A stretch of DNA of 64,000 nt from the NCBI GenBank assembly GCA_030698625.1, contig JAUYMS010000030.1:148016-212015 (forward strand). Direction: 5' to 3'. Shown piece by piece: positions 38,402 through 46,489 of this stretch (positions are counted from its first letter, which is position 1; every line of letters starts with the position of its first letter). Made by a program: the position numbers and the translations under genes. The notes beneath the pieces are model-generated. The model searched no databases. It saw only the letters and a list, made by a program, of their open reading frames with translations, and was not told the DNA's origin. This stretch comes from Candidatus Omnitrophota bacterium (lineage in GTDB: Bacteria; Omnitrophota; Omnitrophia; Omnitrophales; Aquincolibacteriaceae).

Positions 38402-39109
38402 ATGGACCTTGATCTCTTGTTATCAGAATTGAAAAAGAATAAAGACCCCGGCACAGGGCTGGGGATAGCAAGCCAAGCAGTCAATGGTATAAATGAACTT
38501 GTCGTGGATGCTGGGCGTGGCAAATTTCCTTGGTCGCGGATACCTGGGAAGGGAACCAAGGGGGAACTTTGGTATAGGAACAGGCTATATTGGCTAAAGA
38601 CTATACCACTTGACGGTGACGGTTGTTTTATTGCGCTTCATTCAGAATCGCCAGTTTATCAAAAAAATAAAAAGGGACGGTGGCCTGCGGATTTGTTTGG
38701 CCTATTTCACGAGCGCCAGACGACGATGCTCTGCGTTATTGAACTGAAGGCCGGAACGGCAGGTGATAATGTGCTTTATGCTATCGTTGAAGGAGCCCGC
38801 AATCTTCATCTGCTTCGACAAGCCCACCCGGCTTTAGTGAAAAGCTGGGTGGCTGCAGGCAAAGCCGATCGGAACGCATGGGGAAAGGGCAATCCCTTAG
38901 CCGAAGTTTCCAAGAAAAGAACGAAATTAATTATATTGGGTGACTGGGCGTGGATCAAAGCGCAGGGAAAATGGAAAGGTGCCGCAAAAACCTTGCGTGG
39001 CTTGCTGGCAAATAGCCTAAAACAAGATTTATCCATTCACTGTTTGAATAAAAATGCTAAGCCAGCGAGTAAGCCGCATGCGCTTTTGCCTGTCTGGCGA
39101 CGGCTGTAA
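38402..39109 (+). CDS. hypothetical protein (235 aa), possible PD-(D/E)xK nuclease-like fold; third gene of the HipBA-like module
   Basis: AGGAGAGGG RBS. Candidate motifs are a PLDGDG...CFIAL beta-strand and MLCVIELKAG (ExK). No confident family match from sequence alone. Confidence 0.5.
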   Translation: MDLDLLLSELKKNKDPGTGLGIASQAVNGINELVVDAGRGKFPWSRIPGKGTKGELWYRNRLYWLKTIPLDGDGCFIALHSESPVYQKNKKGRWPADLFGLFHERQTTMLCVIELKAGTAGDNVLYAIVEGARNLHLLRQAHPALVKSWVAAGKADRNAWGKGNPLAEVSKKRTKLIILGDWAWIKAQGKWKGAAKTLRGLLANSLKQDLSIHCLNKNAKPASKPHALLPVWRRL

Positions 39110-39145
39110 ATTCTGACAACGGTTTTTAACAGAAGGAGAATCAAA

Positions 39146-39581
39146 ATGGCCTCAATTTCTGAGATGGCCCCTGACATTTACCGCATCAGTACCTTCGTGC
39201 CTGAATGGAATCTTCAATTCAATCAATTCTTGGTCAACGATGAAGAGCCCCCTGCTGTTTCATACCGGTATGCGCGCTCATATCACGGCAACGCGGGACG
39301 CGGTTCGTAAAGTGCTGGACCCGGCCCGGCTGCGGTGGCTTTCCTTCAGCCATTTTGAGGTGGACGAGTGCGGGGCCTTGAACGAGTGGCTCAGGTTGGC
39401 GCCGGAGGCCACGGCGGCGTGCAGTGTGGTGGGGGCACGCGTCAATCTAGCTGATTTTTCCGAACGGCCGGCGCGTGAATTAAATGACGGAGAAGTCTGT
39501 GGATGCAGTACAGGTTCTGCCGGGGACGGGCATCACTTTCTTCTCGCTCCGCCCGATTTTCTTCAAAAAGAATGTCATTGA
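39146..39581 (+). pseudogene. MBL-fold (flavodiiron/ODP-like metallo-beta-lactamase fold) gene remnant, frameshifted and 3'-truncated
   Basis: 39146-39308 encodes [38 protein letters not shown] (strong AGAAGGAGAA RBS). A -1 frameshift near 39255 continues as [16 protein letters not shown]...[11 protein letters not shown] (HxExDH-like MBL motif). The combined length of about 145 aa is far too short for this fold. Confidence 0.65.
39262..39392 (+). repeat. right copy of the 131-bp direct repeat (see 36316-36446)
   Basis: 97% identical to the left copy; lies inside the MBL-fold pseudogene. Confidence 0.8.
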
Positions 39582-39686
39582 TTCATGTGCCTGGCGGGTC
39601 TATATTAAAACCCTATAAAAGATATGTTTAAAGTTATTGTTAGTTGTTAGTTTCTGACCAAAATCCAGCCTCAAAAGGAACCCCCT

Positions 39687-42600
39687 ATGCTTTCCCTCTC
39701 GGCCGTCAAATCAAAATTTTTTGTCAGCGTCATCACGTTCTCCTTTTTTCAATTAATCTTATCGCCCAGCTCTGTTTTGGGGCAGCCTCCCGCGATGCCC
39801 CCGGCAGCTGTCTTTTCTGCCGGTCAGCCGGAGGTTCCTGTTGATGAACCGCCGCAGCAGGAAAAGAAGAAGCCCAAGGGCGCGGAGGAGGCCCCTGCAG
39901 ATTTTTTTTCGCCGCAGACATTATCTTCACCCGATAACCCGCCATTCGGTGACGGCTTCGATATTCAGGAGTTGATCGATCTGAGTCTCTGTTATTTTGT
40001 TCCCGCCAACGGCCTTGTCGAAAGCACGTCGGGTTATCCGTTTGAAGGATTTCGTCAAACGGATTTCACGCAGCCGACGGCCATCGGTTTTTACGCGCAG
40101 TTGTTGTCCAATGTAATTTCCGGTGATTTGCAAACAGAGCACATGTCTAAAGCCGATGCGATTGCGGGTTTGGACCGATTGACGGATTCGCTGCTCGTGG
40201 ATCAGGAAAACTTGGGGTATAAGGGACTGCTGCCCTGGATGGGTTATGACGGCACGAATTGGAATCGAAAGAACGATCTCTTTGGCCAACAGGTCGTTTT
40301 GGGAGATAACGCGAATTTGTCGGTGGCTTTGGGTGCAACTGCCGGCGCTCTTTCCGACGAAAGCCTGGCCGGCGATGCGACGGTCCAGGGTATCAAGGAC
40401 AAAATAGATGCCTTCCTGGAAGGGCAGAGGGAAGGGTATGAGTATCTGTTTAACCCCGCGGCCGGAAGGTTCCGGCGGGGATGGAACTTCACGAACAATA
40501 GTTGGGTGGGCGGAGACAATGGTACCGCGCATTTTTTTGGAGATGAGTTTCGCCAGGCCATTCTGTTCTTGTCGATGCGCTATGATTTTCCGGAAACTGT
40601 CTATACGAGTTTGGAGACTTCGACAACGGAGTATACCTTGTCGACCGGTGAGGTGATTTCGACGGTAATGCCTTTTGACGGCGGGGCGTTTCAAATGCTT
40701 TGGCCGACACTGACGATGCCGGAAACGAATGACCCGCGCCTCAAAACGATGTTGCGCAATTTTGTGACGATAGCGCTAGACCATGCCAAGGAAAATAACC
40801 TACCCGGTTTTCTCTCCGCAAGTTACGGCGGTATCGATGAGTATGTCTCGAATGCGGGCATTACGGAGCTTTCCTTTAACCCCGCGCCCCGCAACGAAAC
40901 GATAGCCTCCCTTTATACCTTGGGTGCGGCCTACATGATTGCCCCGAATGAGATTGAGGTTTTTCTCGAACAGATTTTCCAAGCCCATCCGGATCTCATC
41001 ACCAATCATGGGTTGTGGGAGGGTGTCAACGTCGCGGCGGGAGAGGTCATTCAGGAGCAGATTGTGGCCAATGTCTCAACCTTTGTCCTCGGTCTGATCG
41101 GTAAGGGCCCCGAACATATGACGCGCTATCTTCAGGAGAAGGGGTTGGCTTGGAAACTTGAGGCGGCCTACCGCCCCGAAGAGCTCATTGATATTATCGC
41201 TGACAGCAACAACGCCTTTTCCTGGGGAGGGGGCTTTATTACGGCAGGGCGCTCGGATGACGAATACCATATTACGGCCAACCGCTTCAACTTCGTAGGC
41301 ACGGCCTTTTTGCATGACGGTATCAATATTGCGGGCAAGACCCTGCGGATCAAGTACTGGTCGGACACGGCTGTCGGCTCTACCAAGATCGAATTCAAGG
41401 AGCGGCGTGGGGGCCAACTCGACACTCGCCTCGTGCTTGACGAGGTACGGTTTGCGGATACAAACGGGGAGGAGCGGGTCATAGAGGTCGAACTGCCCGC
41501 CTCGGTAGGACTTTTCGATATTGATGAGACCGTGATTACGATCAACTCCTTATTCGGAGCAGGTTTGAGTATAGGCTTCACGGATTTTGACATTGTCCCG
41601 ACGGATTTTAAGGACCTCGTCTCAGACGGTACGGGAGCTTTTTCATGGGGCAGCCAGATTACGGGTTATCCGGCGGGCGACGAGTATGTGATTCAAAGCC
41701 CCGCTTTTACGACGAGCGGCACGGCGTTCCTGCAGGGTGGCATTGATGTCTCTGGCGGGCAACTCAAGCTCCGGTATCGCTCGACAACGGATGTCGGCAA
41801 TATGAAACTGCAATTCAAAGAACGCACGGAAAGCGGTCTCGAGGTAAGGCTCGACCTCATCAACTATGTGCTTGAGAATACGGGCGGTGCCGAGAGGGAA
41901 ATATTGATCGATCTGCCTGTGTCTGAATTTCTCGAACACATCGACGAGATCGTGATGTTGTTAACGGGGGGGGCGGGAAATCCCCTGGATCTGGTCATTA
42001 CGGATATCGACATGCGGCAATACGAGGTTATGGATGCCCTGGCTCAGAGTCAGAATATTTTTATCTGGGGCGATCAAGGTGTTTCAGGCTTTCTCACGAA
42101 TGAAGGCTATACCATTCAGAGCGCCGTTTTTCATTCCGCGGGCGCGGCTTTCATTCAACCCGATTTCGGTATCAATGTCGCGGGCAAAGACTTGAAGATT
42201 CGCTACAAGTCCACCACGGCTGTAGGGAAGGTAAAGTTCGAGCTTAAGGAACGTTCTTCGCAAGGGCTTGAGATCATGCATGTTACCGAGGAAGTGCTGT
42301 TTGTGAACACGGGCGGCGAGGTGCGCGAAGTAACCGTCAACCTGCCGTTGCTTCTGGATCTTTTCAACCTGCACGAGTTAGTCATGTTGATTACCGAAGG
42401 GGCCGGAACGCCCTTGGACATGACTATCACGGGAATCGAATTCTCAGACCGCAATGAAAGTGATCTGATCAGTGAAAGCACGGGTAGTTTTTCCTGGTCG
42501 AACACGAACCCCATTACGGGCTTTGCCCAAGGCGACGAGTACCACCTTTCGAGCCCCTGGTTTTACTCGAGTGGGACGGCTCTGCTTGAAGACAGCGTCG

Positions 42601-42875
42601 ATCTCTCAGGCCGTGCCCTGCGACTCACCTACAAGTCCACGACGGATGTCGGCACGTTGAAGCTGGAGTTCAAGACGCAAACGGCGAACGGCGTAGAGGT
42701 TGTTTATACAATCGACGACATCGAGCTGGTGAATACGGGAGGTGACGAGTATGTCATTGTCATCAATCTCCCGCCGCTGGAAGGCCTGATGGATATCGAC
42801 GAAATCTTATTTCTCCTCTCCGACGGCACCGGTGGCGCGCTCGATCTTACGATCCTCGACTTCGATATTCTGTAG
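39687..42875 (+). CDS. secreted 1,062-aa protein: N-terminal roughly 500-aa domain of uncertain (possibly glycoside-hydrolase-like) type plus four roughly 150-aa tandem repeat modules
   Basis: Signal peptide MLSLSAVKSKFFVSVITFSFFQLILSPSSVLG. Four C-terminal repeats with consensus FSWG..I.G...GDEY.I.S..F..SGTAFL...ID..G..L...YKSTTDVG..KLEFKER...GLEV.L.L....NTGG.ER...I.LP.....DIDEIV.LL..G.G.PLDL.ITD.D (about nt 41200-42872). Confidence 0.7.
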   Translation: MLSLSAVKSKFFVSVITFSFFQLILSPSSVLGQPPAMPPAAVFSAGQPEVPVDEPPQQEKKKPKGAEEAPADFFSPQTLSSPDNPPFGDGFDIQELIDLSLCYFVPANGLVESTSGYPFEGFRQTDFTQPTAIGFYAQLLSNVISGDLQTEHMSKADAIAGLDRLTDSLLVDQENLGYKGLLPWMGYDGTNWNRKNDLFGQQVVLGDNANLSVALGATAGALSDESLAGDATVQGIKDKIDAFLEGQREGYEYLFNPAAGRFRRGWNFTNNSWVGGDNGTAHFFGDEFRQAILFLSMRYDFPETVYTSLETSTTEYTLSTGEVISTVMPFDGGAFQMLWPTLTMPETNDPRLKTMLRNFVTIALDHAKENNLPGFLSASYGGIDEYVSNAGITELSFNPAPRNETIASLYTLGAAYMIAPNEIEVFLEQIFQAHPDLITNHGLWEGVNVAAGEVIQEQIVANVSTFVLGLIGKGPEHMTRYLQEKGLAWKLEAAYRPEELIDIIADSNNAFSWGGGFITAGRSDDEYHITANRFNFVGTAFLHDGINIAGKTLRIKYWSDTAVGSTKIEFKERRGGQLDTRLVLDEVRFADTNGEERVIEVELPASVGLFDIDETVITINSLFGAGLSIGFTDFDIVPTDFKDLVSDGTGAFSWGSQITGYPAGDEYVIQSPAFTTSGTAFLQGGIDVSGGQLKLRYRSTTDVGNMKLQFKERTESGLEVRLDLINYVLENTGGAEREILIDLPVSEFLEHIDEIVMLLTGGAGNPLDLVITDIDMRQYEVMDALAQSQNIFIWGDQGVSGFLTNEGYTIQSAVFHSAGAAFIQPDFGINVAGKDLKIRYKSTTAVGKVKFELKERSSQGLEIMHVTEEVLFVNTGGEVREVTVNLPLLLDLFNLHELVMLITEGAGTPLDMTITGIEFSDRNESDLISESTGSFSWSNTNPITGFAQGDEYHLSSPWFYSSGTALLEDSVDLSGRALRLTYKSTTDVGTLKLEFKTQTANGVEVVYTIDDIELVNTGGDEYVIVINLPPLEGLMDIDEILFLLSDGTGGALDLTILDFDIL

Positions 42876-42888
42876 CCGGCCGGCGTCC

Positions 42889-43281
42889 ATGGATACCACT
42901 GTATTGAAAGAATGCACAGCCCTAGCGTTTCAAAATAAGATCACCTTTCCCGAGACGGTGAAGCGCTTGGCCGAGACAGGGGTGGAGCGCTACTGCGCCG
43001 ATCTTGTACGGCTGGAGAAATTTTACTACGCGCCGACTGGGCAGAATGACACCGTCGCGATGCCTTTAGAAAACCCTCCAACGATCGCGATGACCTTTTC
43101 CCAAAAGACAGTCCAGGAAGCCATACGGGCCAGCCAAAAAGGGCAGATAGACTATGCCGAATTTTTAAGACGCATCATGAAGGCCGGCGTGGTTTATTAC
43201 GACATCTTCATCCAGGGTCGCAAAGCCATCTACACCGGTCGCAACGGCGATTTTCACGTCGAAAATTTCCCGGTGATATAG
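42889..43281 (+). CDS. DUF1398-domain protein
   Basis: The C-terminal QKGQIDYAEFLRRIMKAGVVYYDIFIQGRKAIYTGRNGDFHVENFP matches the DUF1398 family signature as I recall it. The track start at 42832 is not an ATG; the ATG is at 42889. Confidence 0.6.
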   Translation: MDTTVLKECTALAFQNKITFPETVKRLAETGVERYCADLVRLEKFYYAPTGQNDTVAMPLENPPTIAMTFSQKTVQEAIRASQKGQIDYAEFLRRIMKAGVVYYDIFIQGRKAIYTGRNGDFHVENFPVI

Positions 43282-43338
43282 GCGACAGACACGAAAAATG
43301 GGGACAGGCATGAAGGCCCCTAAAGGGATGTGCCAATA

Positions 43339-43368
43339 GCCAGTTGCGAAAGTCGTCCAATACGGGGA
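43339..43368 (+). repeat. copy 1 of the conserved 30-nt motif CCAGTTGCGAAAGTCGTCCAATACGGGGAG
   Basis: Near-identical copies at about 45290-45319 and 46397-46426; a variant (GTCGAAATGCGTCCAATAGGGGGAG) at about 43819-43844. Coordinates are accurate to 1-2 nt. Confidence 0.7.
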
Positions 43369-43384
43369 GTTTTTTCAATACAAT

Positions 43385-43428
43385 AAAAGGCGTTGTCATT
43401 TAATGTGGCAACGCCTTTTATTATTCAA
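43385..43428 (+). terminator. putative rho-independent terminator (GGCGTTG...CAACGCC hairpin followed by a T-rich tract)
   Basis: Stem AAAAGGCGTTG / CAACGCCTTTT with a 13-nt loop, then TTATTATT. Downstream of the DUF1398 gene. Confidence 0.5.
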
Positions 43429-43430
43429 AC

Positions 43431-43724
43431 ATGATAAAAAAACTCAAATTAGAATTAGAAAAATTCAAAAAAGACTTAAAGGTCTATCAGCTCGTTTATG
43501 CTGATCCTCGGACACCCAAACTCTCGAAATGGCTTTTGGGGATAGCCGTTGCCTATATTCTTTCTCCGATTGATTTGATACCGGATTTCATTCCGATTAT
43601 TGGCCATTTGGACGATCTGATCATTTTTCCGTTACTGGTCTTTATAGCCACTCGAATGATCCCTCGGGCCGTATTTGATGATTGCAGAAAGCGGGTTCAA
43701 TCATCCGGGAAAACAGCTGAATAA
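43431..43724 (+). CDS. DUF1232 (YkvA-like) small membrane protein
   Basis: LLGIAVAYILSPIDLIPDFIPIIGHLDDLIIFPLL matches the DUF1232 signature. Confidence 0.7.
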   Translation: MIKKLKLELEKFKKDLKVYQLVYADPRTPKLSKWLLGIAVAYILSPIDLIPDFIPIIGHLDDLIIFPLLVFIATRMIPRAVFDDCRKRVQSSGKTAE

Positions 43725-43968
43725 AAAAAAGGATGGTATTCAAGCGACCAAAGCCAAACCGTTTTCTGTGAACAGCGGTCGGATTGCTAAAAGTTCACTT
43801 CTGAAGGCTTCCGTGGGGTGTCGAAATGCGTCCAATAGGGGGAGAAATTATAATTTCATACTCGCGTTATCGTTACATCGAGCGAAAGTTCGAAGTAGCG
43901 GCAACGCTTTTTTATTCCCTTGACTCTGGAGTATACTCTAGGGTGTATGCTTTCATTGGAGGTTAAAA

Positions 43969-44436
43969 ATGGTTACAGATAGAAGTCTCTATCAGATTGG
44001 TGAAGTTGCTAAACAAACGGATTGTTCCATTGATACGATCCGCTTTTACGAGAAAGAAGGGTTGCTTGTTACTCCTTCACGAACCGATGGAGGTTTCCGC
44101 AAATATGCACCTCAGGCCGTGGAACGTATCCGCTTTATCAAGAAGGCCAAGTCCTTTGGATTGACCCTTTCTGAAATCAAGCAAATCATGAGGGAAAGTG
44201 AAAAGGGCCTTGAGAATTGCTGTCGTCACGTGAACGCAATCTTCACCCATAAATTGGATGAACTTGAATCCAAAATTAAAGAGCTGCAAACCATGAAAAA
44301 AGGTCTCCGGGCTCTCATGGGAAGTTGGATTCCATTAGAGAAGGCTCGCAGTCAACGGTTTTCAATTTGCCCTCAAATTGAAGTGGAACGAAAATTTAAA
44401 AAAGGAAGGAAACATCATGTCAAAAAGAAAAGTTGA
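43969..44436 (+). CDS. MerR-family transcriptional regulator
   Basis: N-terminal HTH YQIGEVAKQTDCSIDTIRFYEKEGLL, a coiled-coil dimerisation helix, and Cys residues in the effector region (CCRH). Confidence 0.8.
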   Translation: MVTDRSLYQIGEVAKQTDCSIDTIRFYEKEGLLVTPSRTDGGFRKYAPQAVERIRFIKKAKSFGLTLSEIKQIMRESEKGLENCCRHVNAIFTHKLDELESKIKELQTMKKGLRALMGSWIPLEKARSQRFSICPQIEVERKFKKGRKHHVKKKS

Positions 44437-44692
44437 GATATTTACTAGCGGTTGTTATCTGTGCGAAGAGACAGTGAGCTTGGTTAAGGAGCTTGCTTGT
44501 TCAAGTTGTGAAGTCGAGGTTTATGATATATCCGAACCGTGTGAATCAGAGGAATGTGCCGACAAAGCAAAAGCATATGGGATCAATTCGGTTCCGGCAG
44601 TCGTAATTGACGGTAAGATAGCTGAGTGCTGTAAGCGAGGAAAACCTGATCGGGAGGCATTGCTTGCTGCTGGATTAGGTACAGCACTATGA
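44417..44692 (+). CDS. thioredoxin-fold 'redox-active disulfide protein 2'-like small protein
   Basis: KVEIFTSGCYLCEE...YGINSVPAVVIDGK, a CxxC thioredoxin-like motif (TIGR00412-like from memory). ATG at 44417 with an AGGAAGGAA RBS. Confidence 0.6.
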   Translation: MSKRKVEIFTSGCYLCEETVSLVKELACSSCEVEVYDISEPCESEECADKAKAYGINSVPAVVIDGKIAECCKRGKPDREALLAAGLGTAL

Positions 44693-45057
44693 AATCAAAG
44701 TGGTGGGCACAGGTCGCCTCTTTTTTTTCCGCCACGCTGGCCTTGCTCTGTCCATTGTGTATCCCAGCCGTTGGAGCTTTCCTAGCTTCGATAGGGCTTG
44801 GATTTGCTTTGAATGTTGTGTTCCTCCGGTCACTTCTTGTGTTCTTTCTTGTCGCAGCGGTTGCTTCCCTGGTTTGGTCAGCTAAATTGCAGGGAAAATG
44901 GGTTGTGGTCGTCATTGGGGTCGTGGGCGCAGCTATGATTTATATAGGAAGATATGTCTGGTTTAACCAAATCCTAATGGGCATGGGGGCATTTATGCTG
45001 ATAGGCATTTCGATTCTGAATTTTCGTTTTAAGGCATCCTGCAATAAATGCGAATAA
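44689..45057 (+). CDS. MerC-like membrane protein (mercury/metal transporter family)
   Basis: ALLCPLCIPAVGAFLASIGLGF resembles the MerC N-terminal Cys-pair helix (Tn21 MerC: CAACFPALASFGAAIGLGF). Four predicted TM helices; C-terminal CNKC. Confidence 0.6.
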   Translation: MKSKWWAQVASFFSATLALLCPLCIPAVGAFLASIGLGFALNVVFLRSLLVFFLVAAVASLVWSAKLQGKWVVVVIGVVGAAMIYIGRYVWFNQILMGMGAFMLIGISILNFRFKASCNKCE

Positions 45058-45108
45058 TGCACTCAACTCATCAGATGCCCGTATTGTAGTTATAAAAAAG
45101 AGGAAGCC

Positions 45109-45255
45109 ATGCCAGAAAACCAATGTGTCTACTTCTACACCTGCAAAGGCTGCAACAAAAGGTTAAAACCGAAAGAAGGCGATTGTTGCGTTTTTTGCTC
45201 TTATGGATCTGTCAAATGCCCTCCTAAGCAGCAAGAGAAGGAATGTTGCGAATAG
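45109..45255 (+). CDS. small Cys-rich GDCCVxC-domain protein (48 aa)
   Basis: MPENQCVYFYTCKGCNKRLKPKEGDCCVFCSYGSVKCPPKQQEKECCE. GAGGAAG RBS 6 nt upstream. Below the ORF-track cutoff. The GDCCVFC motif matches the mer-associated GDCCVxC family. Confidence 0.55.
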   Translation: MPENQCVYFYTCKGCNKRLKPKEGDCCVFCSYGSVKCPPKQQEKECCE

Positions 45256-45535
45256 ACGGAAAAAGAAGTGAGCTCTCTTCTGTCATCAACCAGTTGCGAA
45301 AGTCGTCCAATACGGGGAGCCATACCCAGGCGTTACTACCATAATGCGGCAACACCTTTCTTTTGGTGTTGTTATCGATGTGGTTTGTCACCAGCCGAAA
45401 CTGTTCCCACCTTTTTATTTTCAACATAAATGACCTTGTCTAGCCTACAATTCTATATAATCTATCAATGGCAAACAATTTCATAGCGCACGCCCAAGAA
45501 TGGGCTGTTAGCGTCTCTAAGGAAGGTTCTCAAGT

Positions 45536-46390
45536 ATGAGTTATCATCCGATCGTGGGTAAGCGCTTTAACCGATGGCCAAGCATTTATTTTCTAGGCGG
45601 AATTACTATAACAACTCTTATTGGTTGTCCGCTGTATTTGTATTTCTATGGTATTTCATGGAGTGGTTTTCTTATTTTTGTTGGAATGTCTGTTTTAACA
45701 CTTCTTTCAATTACGGCAGGCTATCATAGGTTCTACTCCCATAAATCTTATCAGGCCGTCTGGCTTTATCATTTCTTGACCCTGGGTTTTGGCGCGGCCG
45801 CCTTGCAACAGTCAGCTCTGAAATGGGCCTCCCTTCATCGGTCTCATCATCAATATGTGGATACGGAGAAAGATCCCTATAATATTAAGAAGGGATTTTT
45901 TTACGCCCATGTGGGGTGGATCTTATTCTGGATTCGTTCCGTCGATCTCACGAACGTCAAAGACTTACAGCAGAATAGGCTCCTCATGCACCAACACCGG
46001 CATTTTCAAATTTGGGCAGCCGGATTCGGCGTGGTTTTACCGCTCATTATTGGCTTTGCTTGCGGAGAGTTATTCGAGGCTGCTTTATTTGGAATCGGGG
46101 CAAGGCTTTTTATCGTTTTCCAGGTTACCTTTTTTATTAATTCTTTCGTCCATACCTTTGGTAGCCAAAAATATGGGAAAACGATCAGCGCTCGGGACAA
46201 TTGGTTAGGGTCTCTCCTGACTTTTGGAGAAGGTAATCACAGCTTTCATCATCGCTTTCCCAATGACTACCGGAATGGTATCCGCTGGTATCATTGGGAT
46301 CCAGGCAAATGGGCCATTTACCTTCTCTCACGGCTGGGACTTGTATGGGACTTGAAGCGGACTTCCAAACAGGCCTTGGCTTTGTTCTAG
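45536..46390 (+). CDS. acyl-CoA (delta-9-type) fatty acid desaturase
   Basis: Three His boxes: HRFYSH, HRSHHQY, HSFHHRF (in GEGNHSFHHRFPNDYR). Membrane topology is typical of the DesC/stearoyl-CoA desaturase family. Confidence 0.8.
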   Translation: MSYHPIVGKRFNRWPSIYFLGGITITTLIGCPLYLYFYGISWSGFLIFVGMSVLTLLSITAGYHRFYSHKSYQAVWLYHFLTLGFGAAALQQSALKWASLHRSHHQYVDTEKDPYNIKKGFFYAHVGWILFWIRSVDLTNVKDLQQNRLLMHQHRHFQIWAAGFGVVLPLIIGFACGELFEAALFGIGARLFIVFQVTFFINSFVHTFGSQKYGKTISARDNWLGSLLTFGEGNHSFHHRFPNDYRNGIRWYHWDPGKWAIYLLSRLGLVWDLKRTSKQALALF

Positions 46391-46489
46391 CATTAACCAG
46401 TCGCGAAAGTCGTCCAATACGGGGAGCCATTGCGGAAGAAGCGCTGGAGGAGTAAGGTCCTTCGCCCCCGGGAGAACCGTTATAGTTAC

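Noticed and set aside
39644-39945. ORFs 39644-39844 (+) and 39733-39945 (-) overlapping the start of the 39687-42875 gene
   Set aside because: They are alternative-frame and antisense readings of the signal-peptide-encoding region of a well-supported 1,062-aa ORF.
43208-45427. Minus-strand ORFs 43208-43399 and 45224-45427, both containing LPVLDDFRNWL
   Set aside because: The shared peptide is simply the reverse-complement translation of the conserved 30-nt intergenic motif. The ORFs span intergenic repeats and terminator hairpins.
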